The notes beneath the pieces were generated by a model, which was given only the letters and a program-made list of their open reading frames with translations, was not told where the DNA came from and ran no database searches. Shown here piece after piece: positions 38,557 to 48,046 of a stretch of DNA of 64,000 bases (position 1 is its first letter; every line of letters begins with the position of its first letter). The stretch is from Candidatus Fraserbacteria bacterium (GTDB lineage Bacteria; Bipolaricaulota; Bipolaricaulia; RBG-16-55-9; DRXL01), in assembly GCA_947085185.1 (NCBI GenBank), contig CAMTVK010000019.1, forward strand, positions 13,892 through 77,891. Direction: 5' to 3'. The translations under genes were made by a program, and so were the position numbers.

Positions 38557-39588
38557 ATGAAGATCATTCGACCTCTGGGCATAGCCGCCATCGGGATGGG
38601 GCTGGTCTGGCTCTCCGGCCAGGCTTTGCTCATCTCGAACATCGAGTTCGATCTTAGTCTGCCCCGGGGCGCTACGGATATATTGACATTCCAAGTGCTC
38701 AATAACGAAGCCGATCCCCTCGAGATTCAAATCAGCTTGGCTGACTGGGATCGAGACCTCAACGGCGAGAACCGGTTCTATCCGCCAGGGACGCTGCCGC
38801 GCTCGGCAGCAAGCTGGCTCTCTGTCACCCCGTTGCGATTCGATCTTGCGCCAAACGAACAGAAAGAGATTCGCTTCTCCATCAAAGTCCCTTCGGATAT
38901 CGTGGGGACGTACTGGGCGGCGATCATGGTCGAGGCCGCTCCTAAACGGGCTCAGCCCCAACCCCCAGGCACGACTGTGATCGTGCGGCGGCGCTTCGCT
39001 GTCAAAGTCTTAGAGACCCCACCGGGCACAGGCACCAAGGACGGGCGCATCACCTTGATAGACGTGCGCGGGCTCAATCCCCCAAATTACTTTCTAGAGT
39101 TTGAGAACCGGGGGACGATCCATACCCCGCAAGTCAAAGGGCGCATCGAGCTGCGCGACGAGAAGGGAGCACTTATAGAAAAGCTCGAGATCGAGAGCTT
39201 TCCCACCCTGCCCTTCTCCAAACGCTTGCTCAAAGTCACCAGCGCTCGCAAGAGAGGGGATCTCTTGCCCCCGGGGAAGTATCTTGTCTTAGCTATTCTC
39301 GATTATGGGGGAGAGACCCTCGCAGGCGGGCAATTTATTCTCCGGATCAAGCCCTTACAGCTCGTCCCCATCGGCGACGCCAAGGCCCCTCCCAAAGACT
39401 TAGACAAAGACGGCCTCTACGAAGATGTCAACGGGGACGGCACGCTCTCCCTCGAAGACGCTGCGCTCTTGGGGTTGAATATTGATAAACCCGCGGTGCA
39501 AGAGAACGCCAGAGCGTTCGACTTCGATAACGACGGCGACGCCGACTTCGACGATGTCGTCACCCTCAAAAAGATAGCTGGGGGATAA
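38557..39588 (+). CDS. Fimbrial chaperone-like (PapD/DUF916-like) protein with C-terminal dockerin-like domain
   Basis: SAASWLSVTP...GTYWAAIMVE, ENRGTIH, LPPGKY...LDYG; DLDKDGLYEDVNGDG and DFDNDGDADFDD Ca-loops. Confidence 0.7.
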   Translation: MKIIRPLGIAAIGMGLVWLSGQALLISNIEFDLSLPRGATDILTFQVLNNEADPLEIQISLADWDRDLNGENRFYPPGTLPRSAASWLSVTPLRFDLAPNEQKEIRFSIKVPSDIVGTYWAAIMVEAAPKRAQPQPPGTTVIVRRRFAVKVLETPPGTGTKDGRITLIDVRGLNPPNYFLEFENRGTIHTPQVKGRIELRDEKGALIEKLEIESFPTLPFSKRLLKVTSARKRGDLLPPGKYLVLAILDYGGETLAGGQFILRIKPLQLVPIGDAKAPPKDLDKDGLYEDVNGDGTLSLEDAALLGLNIDKPAVQENARAFDFDNDGDADFDDVVTLKKIAGG

Positions 39589-39589
39589 A

Positions 39590-39667
39590 GACAGTTCAGA
39601 GTTCCCAGTCTGACAGTTCTAAGTTCAGCGGCTCGGCGAACTCAGACCTATGAAACCCTGAACTGTC
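39590..39667. repeat. Imperfect hairpin of degenerate agttc units between convergent genes
   Basis: gacagttcag (39590-39599) and ctgaactgtc (39658-39667) are perfect inverted ends. Confidence 0.65.
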
Positions 39668-39693
39668 CCGCGCCCCCGCGATCCTTCGTCAAT

Positions 39694-40017
39694 TTAGCCG
39701 CGCTTGACGGAGAGTTTTCCGCCAGCTTCCACGACTTTGAGCCTCTTGCGGACCATCTCTTTGAGCTCGCGACCAGCCCGGAACCCCGGCACGGCCTTGC
39801 TCGCGACCATGATGCGCTGGCCCGTCTGCGGGTTGACACGCATAGAACTCTTGCGCGGGCGCGCCTCAAATGTGCCAAACCCCGTGATCCGCACCGGCTC
39901 GCCATCGCACATCGTCTTGCTAATCGTTTCAAACATCGCGTCCACGGCCTCTTTGGCCGCCTTCTTGCTCAGACCCGTCTGCTTGGCTACCATCTCTGCC
40001 AACTCGGCCTTGTTCAT
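39694..40017 (-). CDS. hup: HU-family nucleoid protein
   Basis: MNKAEL, GFGTFE, NPQTG, VPGFRAG. Confidence 0.92.
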   Translation of the reverse strand: MNKAELAEMVAKQTGLSKKAAKEAVDAMFETISKTMCDGEPVRITGFGTFEARPRKSSMRVNPQTGQRIMVASKAVPGFRAGRELKEMVRKRLKVVEAGGKLSVKRG

Positions 40018-40226
40018 TGGCACAAACCCCCCTTGTGGTCTATGATGAACCCAACGGACAGCCCTCGTGCCGGCGGAGGAGAGCTGCCCATCCGGTTCTC
40101 AAGTGCCCATATTCTAGAGACTCACCCCCCTAGAAGGCAAATTTTCACCTCCAGGGACAGAGATACCCTGGGAGAGAGCTTGCCGTCCTTGGTCCCCCAT
40201 CGCCAAAGATCTTAAAATTTCCTACA

Positions 40227-43200
40227 ATGCACAAGAGGGCCATAAATATTATCGGGCTGATCACGGTGGGATGGAGCTGGCTGGGCACCGGCCAGGTGAT
40301 GATCACCCCTCCTGCGGCTCCGCCGATCGCCGGCCCCGGCGATGCCCTCACCCTGCCGTTTCACGTGAAAAATACCGGCCCAGAAAGAGATATGTTCGAG
40401 TTCTCTCTCGAAATGTCTGCGGGGCTTGAGCCGCTGGGGACGCCCGAGCCAGTTGAGCTTGACCCCAATGCCGCAGAGACTGTTTTCGTCAGCGTCTTCG
40501 TCAGCACGAAAGCCCGCGCGGGAGAGGGAAGCGTCACCCTGAAAGCCCGGTCACGAAAGAACCCATCCCTGACAGGTCAAGCTACGGTGATAGTGACCGT
40601 CAGAGCATCTCCTGGGCTGGCCCTGAGCGCTCCCCCGGCCAAGACGGTCGAGCCAGGCCGCGCTGACTCCCTCGTCTTCATCGTGCGCAACACGGGCAAT
40701 GTGCCGGATCGTGTGGCGTTCTCCACACAAACTACGGGTGCTCTGAAAGCGCAAGCACCCACGGACGAGATCCCGCTTGACGTCGGCGAGCGCCGTGAGG
40801 TACGAGTCGAAATCTCCGTGCCTAAGGGCGCTCCGCCGGTGCGCCAGCGCGTCACGCTCACAGCCCTCTCCAAAAAATTTCCAAACGTCTCCGCTGAAGC
40901 TACGGCGGTGCTGGAGATCTTGCCGCCCTTGCCCCAAGAGGTGGGCGGCTCGCTCTTTTTGACGATCCCCTCCGAAGTACAGTTTCAATTCGACGGCCAG
41001 ACAGGAGCGACGTTAGGAGCTTTTATCACGATTACTGAGCGAGGCGGCGTGCTGGTCCCTGAGCCGCCGGCAGTGCGCCTCGACGTCGGAGGAACCTTGA
41101 CTGTGAATAATACGAGCCCCGTGGCGATCACGGTGACCGTGTCCGATGGGCGACCCCCCGTGAGCATCCCGTCGGGGGGAAGCAGCTCTTTCGCTTTCCC
41201 AGTCTCCGGAATCTTTACTGTGACTTTCAGCAACGGGGCTCTCATCTCTTCTGTGGGCTTCGTGACCGTGCACGATATAATCTTCCGACAGAGGCTCAGG
41301 GGGGGCGGTGGCACGAGCCCTCTCAGCACCCAGCAGAACGTCCTCACGCGCGACGCTCGCTATGCTTGGCCAAGGCGCGAGCCCTCTGAACGTTTTCAAG
41401 AGATCTCTTATCTGCTCGATATTCAGAATCTCTTCGAGCTCAATGCGCTCTTCTTTGCCCTCGATGGGAGCCCCCTAGGAGTGACCTTGGGCGATCTCTA
41501 TCTCCCGGTGGGTGTGCTGGCGACCCTGGCCGGGCGCGGCGGCCAGCTCATTGTGCACCCAGGGATTTTCAGCACAAGACTCTCGCTCTCGGCTACGGCC
41601 GGCCGACGTGCCCTCCCCGAACTCGCATTTTTGATCACCGATGACCCAGCCGAGCTGCCCTCTGCAGGAGTCGTCAGCCTGAATCAGCCCGTTCGGTTTC
41701 GCAACGTCGGGCTTCTCCCCCATACAGTCACGATTGCCGGCTCCGGGACGATAACGCTTGCGCCAGGGCAGTCGTTCGTCTATCTCTTCAGCACCATCGG
41801 ACAGATCACTGTTACGATAGATACAACGCCTGTGGTCTTTCTCGTGATTGCCGAAGCGTTCTGCAGTGCATCGTTTCTCTTCTGTCTTGGCGCTGAAGGG
41901 CAAGGCTCGCCCATCCCCGGCGTGACGGTAGGCCAGACCGCGCTCTTTGGGTATACTCCCAGTCCGAGCCTGACGACGACGCTCATCAACCGGGTGCGCT
42001 GGCAGATCCCCGGCGGCAGCGCCACGACCGTCGAGGGTGGGCTCACTTGGCAAAACGGGACTCTCTTAGATTCTGCCCTGCGCGCCAGCTCGGAGCTGCG
42101 CTTTGGCGACTTTTTCGTGGTCGCAGAATTTCTCCGGGCCGGCCGGGATTTCGTGGGTGACCGCCGCGATGAACAGAGTATTCAGATCTTTCAAGCGTTC
42201 TCGAGCACAAACTTTTCCGTGGGTCTCAGCTTTGGGCGCTCGCACAACAACGTCAATGCCGATCCCCTGCAGCAGACGCTGACCCGCCAGGATGCCCGCG
42301 CCGCGCTTCGTCTCAAGATCTCCGAAGTGCTGCCTACGATCAAGCTCGCCACAGCCTATAGCACGTTGGTGGGAACAGGCCCCTTGCCCCCTACAGATAT
42401 CGCACGGTTCTCCATCACGGCACAAGCGACCCAGCCCATTGGCCAGCTTGGGGATATCTCCGTCTTTACCGAGCAAGCCCGAATCATCAACGCTGTCGCA
42501 GGCACCGATATCGGCTTTGGCACGGTGGGCAGCGATTTCTCTCTCAGACTGACGGAGCTGCGCGCCTCGCTGCGCTTCGAGCACCGCTCCGAGGTCGATC
42601 TCCTCTCGAGCGCTCTGCTGAGCCGGACGCTTATAGCTTCAGCGGGGATGGAGCTGGTGCGCCGCCCGTTCGGCGTGCGCCTAGGGATCACGCGGTTTGC
42701 TCAACGCACGGATCTGAGCGTGGGCCTCCAAGCCCAGCTGGGGATCGCTGAGCTCTTCTTCTCTAGCTTGATAGGGCTGCTCGATCTGGGCGGGGCAGAC
42801 TTCAGCTTTGCGCTCGCCTTCTTGGTGCGCTTTGATGCCCCGATCCCGTTCCTCGTCGTCAAGGGGCAAGTTGAGGGCTTCGTCTTCATAGATACAAATA
42901 AGAACACTCAGCGCGACCCCAACGAGACTGGGCCAAAAGATCTCATCCTCACGTTGGGCAATGAAAAAGCTCGCACCGACGCGCGCGGGTTCTTCAGATT
43001 CCCCCCGATGCCCACAGGAACATACGAGCTCAAGATCGAAAAGCTTCCCCTAGGGATCATCGTCAAGACAGAACTCCCTAAGAAAATCCAGATTGTCGCG
43101 GGGCAGACTCTGAAGATCGAGGTCCCCCTGGCCCAAGTCGCAGTGATCGAAGGGCTGGTCTTCCACGACGAGAACCGCAACGGTCAAGTAGATTCTTCAG

Positions 43201-43718
43201 AGCAAGGGCTCAGCTCTGTACGGATCTTCTTGACGGATGCGACGGGCAAGACTCGCGAGCAACGTACGGATCTTGATGGGCGCTTCGCGTTCAGCGAGCT
43301 GCTTTCGGGAAGGTACACGGTCGCTCTCGACGTGCGCAGTCTTCCGGAGAATTTTGTGCCGACGACCCCGGCAGAAGTCGTGGTGGAGCTGCGCCCCCAG
43401 GAGCAGATCACTGTGAACTTTGGGGCAGCTGAGCGCGAGAAGATCGTGAAATTCCCGCCGGTGGCAGAGTTCACGTTCTCCCCGCCACGCCCCACTGTGG
43501 GCCAGACCGTGACTTTTGACGCTTCAGAATCGTTCGATCCTGATGGACAGATCGTCAAGTATGAATGGGACTTTGAGAGCGACGGGACGATAGACGCTCA
43601 AGGGGTTGTAGTCGAGCACGTCTTCACCCAAGCGGGGACATTCACGGTGACGCTGAGTGTGACAGATAACGATGGCCAGACAAGCACGGCACGAAAGACC
43701 ATCACGGTGAGGCCGTGA
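40227..43718 (+). CDS. Large exported multidomain protein (Ig/NEW3-like, barrel-like core, SdrD-B-like x2, PKD); usher-like
   Basis: VKNTG and VRNTGN Ig domains, long amphipathic strand region, FIDTNKNTQRD and FHDENRNGQVD, PPVAEF...SFDPDG...YEWDF. Confidence 0.7.
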   Translation: MHKRAINIIGLITVGWSWLGTGQVMITPPAAPPIAGPGDALTLPFHVKNTGPERDMFEFSLEMSAGLEPLGTPEPVELDPNAAETVFVSVFVSTKARAGEGSVTLKARSRKNPSLTGQATVIVTVRASPGLALSAPPAKTVEPGRADSLVFIVRNTGNVPDRVAFSTQTTGALKAQAPTDEIPLDVGERREVRVEISVPKGAPPVRQRVTLTALSKKFPNVSAEATAVLEILPPLPQEVGGSLFLTIPSEVQFQFDGQTGATLGAFITITERGGVLVPEPPAVRLDVGGTLTVNNTSPVAITVTVSDGRPPVSIPSGGSSSFAFPVSGIFTVTFSNGALISSVGFVTVHDIIFRQRLRGGGGTSPLSTQQNVLTRDARYAWPRREPSERFQEISYLLDIQNLFELNALFFALDGSPLGVTLGDLYLPVGVLATLAGRGGQLIVHPGIFSTRLSLSATAGRRALPELAFLITDDPAELPSAGVVSLNQPVRFRNVGLLPHTVTIAGSGTITLAPGQSFVYLFSTIGQITVTIDTTPVVFLVIAEAFCSASFLFCLGAEGQGSPIPGVTVGQTALFGYTPSPSLTTTLINRVRWQIPGGSATTVEGGLTWQNGTLLDSALRASSELRFGDFFVVAEFLRAGRDFVGDRRDEQSIQIFQAFSSTNFSVGLSFGRSHNNVNADPLQQTLTRQDARAALRLKISEVLPTIKLATAYSTLVGTGPLPPTDIARFSITAQATQPIGQLGDISVFTEQARIINAVAGTDIGFGTVGSDFSLRLTELRASLRFEHRSEVDLLSSALLSRTLIASAGMELVRRPFGVRLGITRFAQRTDLSVGLQAQLGIAELFFSSLIGLLDLGGADFSFALAFLVRFDAPIPFLVVKGQVEGFVFIDTNKNTQRDPNETGPKDLILTLGNEKARTDARGFFRFPPMPTGTYELKIEKLPLGIIVKTELPKKIQIVAGQTLKIEVPLAQVAVIEGLVFHDENRNGQVDSSEQGLSSVRIFLTDATGKTREQRTDLDGRFAFSELLSGRYTVALDVRSLPENFVPTTPAEVVVELRPQEQITVNFGAAEREKIVKFPPVAEFTFSPPRPTVGQTVTFDASESFDPDGQIVKYEWDFESDGTIDAQGVVVEHVFTQAGTFTVTLSVTDNDGQTSTARKTITVRP

Positions 43719-44258
43719 TCACGAGATCTGCCGCAACAGCTTCCGTACCCGATAGAAATACTCAGCCCCGGAGATCACCGTCACGGCCACGACGATAGGA
43801 ACGAGAATATCTTTTATGCCCGCGACGTCCCAACGGAACGCCCCTTGGCCAAGTAACACCAAGACCAGCCCAATCTGCGAGATCGTCTTGAGCTTGCCCC
43901 AGATACTTGCCCCAAGCACCATCCCTTGAGTGCTGATCACCGTGCGCAACCCCGTCACTAAAAACTCTCGCGCAATAATAATAATCACGGGAATCGCGGA
44001 GATCTGCTGCAACTGCACATACGCTAAAAGCACCGAGATAATCAAGAGCTTATCCGCGATAGGATCGGCAAATTTCCCCAAGTTTGTCTCGTCAGAGCGG
44101 CGACGCGCCAGATAGCCGTCGAGCGCATCGGTCATCGCAGCAAAACCAAAGAGCGCCAGCGCGATCAGCGCGTTCTGCGCCCCGGGAACGAGCACAAAAT
44201 AGAGAATCGCCGGAATCAGCGCGATGCGCAGCAGCGTGATCCCATTGGGCCAGTTCAT
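43719..44258 (-). CDS. pgsA: CDP-diacylglycerol--glycerol-3-phosphate phosphatidyltransferase
   Basis: PNGITLLR, TDALDGYLAR, GKFADPIADK, GKLKT. Confidence 0.93.
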   Translation of the reverse strand: MNWPNGITLLRIALIPAILYFVLVPGAQNALIALALFGFAAMTDALDGYLARRRSDETNLGKFADPIADKLLIISVLLAYVQLQQISAIPVIIIIAREFLVTGLRTVISTQGMVLGASIWGKLKTISQIGLVLVLLGQGAFRWDVAGIKDILVPIVVAVTVISGAEYFYRVRKLLRQIS

Positions 44259-44284
44259 AGGGCTATTGTAAAGTGACGGCGCAG

Positions 44285-45043
44285 CTAGAGCAACCGCCCA
44301 CAAAACTCTCTCAGAGCTTCTGTGACCGCCTGGGGCTGCTCCACCATCACCATGTGTCCGGCACGTTCTATGATTTCTAAGTGGGCATTGGGGATATGAT
44401 GCTGAAGATACTCAGAATACTTGACTGGGGTGAGCTTGTCCTCCCGCCCGCAGAGTATGAGTGTGGGCACGGCGATCTCCGAGAGTCGCGCCATGACGTC
44501 GAATGCGTTACAGCTTGAGAAATCACGAAAGAGCGTGGCCGCCCCGTTGCGATGCATCTGGTGGCGGGCTCGCTCGTGAAGCTCTGTGGGGCTCTGCTCC
44601 GCGAAGGCCCATCGAATGACGAGCTCGATCGCGTGCTCAAAGTCCGTCTGGCAGAGCTCGAGAATCTGTGGGTGGACTGTAAGCTTCGCTCCAGTGCCGA
44701 CAAGCCCTAAGCCCGCAAGATTCTGAGGGCGCTCGAGCCCAACTGTAAGGGCGATCGCCCCGCCCATTGAGTGTCCGACGACGACCGTGGGCAGAGCCAG
44801 AGCTTTGAGCACCGCGAGCACATCTTCGACATAAGTATGCAGCCCGTCACCCTGGCGGGCAGGGCTGCGCCCGTGGCCGTTGAGATCCACAGCTGCGACC
44901 GAAAAATCTTGGGCAAGCTCGCGCAACTGCTCCCCCCAGATGGTGTGATCCCCACCGGCACCATGCACAAAGAGCAGCGCGGGCTGGCCCTGCCCCGCCT
45001 GTGCATAATAGAGCTCTTGGTGAAAGACTGTGATCGTGGGCAC
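44285..45043 (-). CDS. Alpha/beta-fold hydrolase
   Basis: HGAGG, GHSMGG, D...AGH triad. Confidence 0.9.
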   Translation of the reverse strand: MPTITVFHQELYYAQAGQGQPALLFVHGAGGDHTIWGEQLRELAQDFSVAAVDLNGHGRSPARQGDGLHTYVEDVLAVLKALALPTVVVGHSMGGAIALTVGLERPQNLAGLGLVGTGAKLTVHPQILELCQTDFEHAIELVIRWAFAEQSPTELHERARHQMHRNGAATLFRDFSSCNAFDVMARLSEIAVPTLILCGREDKLTPVKYSEYLQHHIPNAHLEIIERAGHMVMVEQPQAVTEALREFCGRLL

Positions 45044-45393
45044 TACAGATGCGCCTTGGCCGTCTCGACCAACGTGTCGAACGCCTTGGGGTCGTGAATA
45101 GCAATCTCAGCGAGCATCTTCCGATTGAGCTGGATGCCCGCTTTTGCGAGCCCATTCATGAACCGAGAGTACGGCAGCCCACGAGCCCGCGCTGCGGCGT
45201 TGATGCGAATGTTCCAAAGTCTGCGAAAATCGCGCTTGCGCAGCTTGCGACTGATATACGCATTGCGCAGCGCGTGCATCACGCGCTCTTTCGCAATGCG
45301 AAAGCACGTGCGGCGCTTGCCCTTAAACCCCTTGGCGAGCTCTAAGATCCTCTTGCGCCGTTCTAGTCGCTTGTTTCCGCCTTTCACACGCAT
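45043..45393 (-). CDS. rplT: 50S ribosomal protein L20
   Basis: [25 protein letters not shown]. Confidence 0.97.
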   Translation of the reverse strand: MRVKGGNKRLERRKRILELAKGFKGKRRTCFRIAKERVMHALRNAYISRKLRKRDFRRLWNIRINAAARARGLPYSRFMNGLAKAGIQLNRKMLAEIAIHDPKAFDTLVETAKAHL

Positions 45394-45413
45394 GGAGATT
45401 CTCCTCTGTGTCG

Positions 45414-45608
45414 CTAGCTTGAGAGCAAGTCTTGAAAGGTCTTAGCCAAAGTTGAGGGCACTTGAAAGCCTCGGCGGGCTTGGCGCTTGCGATTGGGACT
45501 GCGCTTCACCAGCTTATGGTGATACCCCGCCGTCGCGCCAAGCACCTTCTTGTTACGCGTGACTTTAAAGCGCTTGGCGATCCCCTTGTGCGTCTTCTTC
45601 TTGGGCAT
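45414..45608 (-). CDS. rpmI: 50S ribosomal protein L35
   Basis: [17 protein letters not shown]; position between infC and rplT. Confidence 0.93.
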   Translation of the reverse strand: MPKKKTHKGIAKRFKVTRNKKVLGATAGYHHKLVKRSPNRKRQARRGFQVPSTLAKTFQDLLSS

Positions 45609-46170
45609 CCTTAGGACCTCCTGTGTCGTAGTCTAGAGATCGTTCTGGGGCAGACTTCGCTCCCTTCCCCGGTACCAGGAGCATCTGCAAAGACCGACCG
45701 CGTTCTTTGGGATATTGTTCGACGCGACCGATGTCCGCCGTCTCTCGAGCGATGCGCTCCAAGAGCTCGCGCCCGCGGTTGATGTGGACGATCTCGCGCC
45801 CGCGGAAGATCACCGTCACTCGGACCTTGTTCTCCGACTTCAAAAACTCGCGAATGTGCCGGAGCTTCGTCTCGAAGTCGTGCTTTTCGATCTGGGTCGT
45901 CATACGGATCTCTTTGAGCTTGCCGCCTTTAGGGCGCTTCTTCTCGCGCTTCTCTTGACGATAACGATACTTCCCGAAATTAACAAACTTACAGACGACT
46001 GGGGTCGCCTGCGGAGCCACCTCGACCAGATCGAGATTTCGGCTGCGCGCTTGCTTGATCGCTTCGGCGAGCGGCATGATGCCTAACTGCTCGCCGTTCT
46101 CGTCAATGACTCGAACTTCCTGGGCACGAATCTCTTCGTTCTTGCGAATCCGACTATAAGGTCCGGCGAT
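45565..46170 (-). CDS. infC: Translation initiation factor IF-3 (probable ATC start)
   Basis: NEEIRA, LDLVEVAP, HDFETK, FRGRE; GGAGGAGGT precedes ATC by 5 nt. Confidence 0.93.
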   Translation of the reverse strand: MAGPYSRIRKNEEIRAQEVRVIDENGEQLGIMPLAEAIKQARSRNLDLVEVAPQATPVVCKFVNFGKYRYRQEKREKKRPKGGKLKEIRMTTQIEKHDFETKLRHIREFLKSENKVRVTVIFRGREIVHINRGRELLERIARETADIGRVEQYPKERGRSLQMLLVPGKGAKSAPERSLDYDTGGPKDAQEEDAQGDRQAL

Positions 46171-46241
46171 AGACGACCTCCTCCTCAAAAAGACAGTTTA
46201 AAGCGAAACGTGACAAGTTGCAAGTTGCCACGGCCATCTAG

Positions 46242-46314
46242 CGCTCCCAAGGGGATTCGAACCCCTGTTTCCGGCTTGAGAGACCAGCGTCCTGGGCCGC
46301 TAGACGATGGGAGC
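46242..46314 (-). tRNA. tRNA-Glu(CTC), CCA not encoded
   Basis: GCTCCCA/TGGGAGC acceptor, CT-CTC-AA loop, GGTTCGAATCC. Confidence 0.93.
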
Positions 46315-46406
46315 GAAAGCGCCTTGAGTGTAACAAATCTTGGAGAAATCGTCAAGCAGTCCTTATTGCCTTGGCCGCGGTATTGCTCTACAATAAGCCG
46401 AAGTTT

Positions 46407-47993
46407 ATGTACCCTTCACGCCGGAGCCCGCTGATCGCTCAACGAGGCGTCGTAGCCACGAGCCATCCTTTGGCTGTCCAAGCCGGGATTGAGATGCTCC
46501 GCCGCGGCGGCACCGCCGTGGACGCCGCGATCGCTACAGCGATCACGCTCACGGTCGTCGAGCCGACTTCCAATGGGATCGGCAGCGACGCGTTTGCCAT
46601 CGTGTGGGATGGGCAGAGACTGCATGGACTGAACGGTTCCGGGCGCGCCCCTCGCGCGCTCACGCTCCAAGCCGTCAGAGCGCTCGGCCACGAGACGATG
46701 CCTACACGCGGATGGCTCCCCGTCACCGTGCCGGGCGCCCCGGCAGCCTGGCGCGATCTCCACCGACGCTTTGGGAGATTGCGCTTTACAGAGCTTTTTG
46801 AGCCCGCGATCTTCTATGCCGAGCACGGCTCTCCCGTCTCGCCCATCGTGGCTCAGTATTGGGAGCATGCCGTTCGAGCCTATGCCGAGCTGAAAGGCCC
46901 AGAGTTTGTCGCCTGGCATCAGACGTTTGCGCCGGGAGGGCACGCCCCTGGCGCCGGGGAGATCTTTGCCCTTCCCGATCACGCCCACACGCTCCGTGCC
47001 CTTGCCCAGTCCTATTGCGAGGCGTTCTATCACGGCGAGTTGGCGCAAAAGCTCGTGCGCTTTGCCCACCAGACCGGCGGGTTCCTCTCAGAAAGAGATC
47101 TCCAAGAGCACACAAGCACGTGGGTCGAGCCGATCAAGACTGCGTATCGAGATTATGAAGTCTGGGAGATCCCCCCGAATACTCAGGGGATCATCACCCT
47201 GATCGGGCTCAATATCTTAGAGGGCTTCGAGCTCGCCCGATATCCCCGCGACACGGCCGAGTCCTTTCATCTCCAGATCGAAGCGTTAAAGCTTGCGTTT
47301 GCCGACGGGCTGCGATATATCGCTGACCCGCAGTTTGCTGCCGTACCCACAGAAAAATTATTGAGCAAAGCATACGCCGCCCAGCGCCGCGCGTTGATCT
47401 CAGACAAAGCTCTCATCCCCCAGCCGGGAGATAGATACTCTGGCGGGACCGTCTATCTCTGCACCGCTGATAGCAGCGGCATGATGGTCAGCTTCATCCA
47501 GTCCAATTATATGGGCTTTGGCTCTGGGATCGTCGTCCCCGGGACGGGGATCGCCTTGCAGAATCGCGGGGCATGCTTCTCGCTGGACCCCAAACACCCA
47601 AACTCTCTGGAGCCGGGCAAGCGCCCCTATCACACGATCATCCCCGGATTCCTTACCAAAGACGGTCAAGCTCTCGGGCCGTTTGGGGTCATGGGCGGAT
47701 TCATGCAGCCCCAAGGACATATTCAGATGATCGTCAACACGGTAGACTATCGCATGGACCCCCAGGTGAGCTTAGACGCCCCGCGCTGGCAGTGGATCCA
47801 ATCCCAAGAAGTCGAGATCGAGTCCGACGCCGACCCCAAGATCATTGAGGGCTTACGCGCCCGGGGGCATGACGTCAGAGTCCGCGAGCCAGGCGGACAC
47901 TTCGGGCGCGGGCAAATTCTCTGGCGTTTGCCGTCAGGAGCGTACATCGCCGGCAGCGACAAGCGTGCCGATGGCTACGCCGCGGGGATCTGA
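46407..47993 (+). CDS. ggt: Gamma-glutamyltransferase family protein
   Basis: VVEPTSNGIG, PPNTQG, GTVYL nucleophile Thr, KRPYHT, GVMGG; exact start uncertain. Confidence 0.9.
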   Translation: MYPSRRSPLIAQRGVVATSHPLAVQAGIEMLRRGGTAVDAAIATAITLTVVEPTSNGIGSDAFAIVWDGQRLHGLNGSGRAPRALTLQAVRALGHETMPTRGWLPVTVPGAPAAWRDLHRRFGRLRFTELFEPAIFYAEHGSPVSPIVAQYWEHAVRAYAELKGPEFVAWHQTFAPGGHAPGAGEIFALPDHAHTLRALAQSYCEAFYHGELAQKLVRFAHQTGGFLSERDLQEHTSTWVEPIKTAYRDYEVWEIPPNTQGIITLIGLNILEGFELARYPRDTAESFHLQIEALKLAFADGLRYIADPQFAAVPTEKLLSKAYAAQRRALISDKALIPQPGDRYSGGTVYLCTADSSGMMVSFIQSNYMGFGSGIVVPGTGIALQNRGACFSLDPKHPNSLEPGKRPYHTIIPGFLTKDGQALGPFGVMGGFMQPQGHIQMIVNTVDYRMDPQVSLDAPRWQWIQSQEVEIESDADPKIIEGLRARGHDVRVREPGGHFGRGQILWRLPSGAYIAGSDKRADGYAAGI

Positions 47994-47994
47994 T

Positions 47995-48044
47995 TTGACA
48001 GCGCTCTCAATCTTTGATAATATACAGACCGACCAGTCGGTCTG
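47995..48044 (+). promoter_or_regulatory. Promoter plus palindromic TetR-type operator
   Basis: TTGACA at 47995; CAGACCGAC-CA-GTCGGTCTG perfect inverted repeat 48025-48044. Confidence 0.8.
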
Positions 48045-48046
48045 CT

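Noticed and set aside
40030-40110. Possible structured RNA in the HU leader
   Set aside because: Only imperfect GC-rich pairing and no recognisable family motif
46242-46400. tRNA-Glu as an integration site
   Set aside because: No integrase or duplicated tRNA 3' end found in the window
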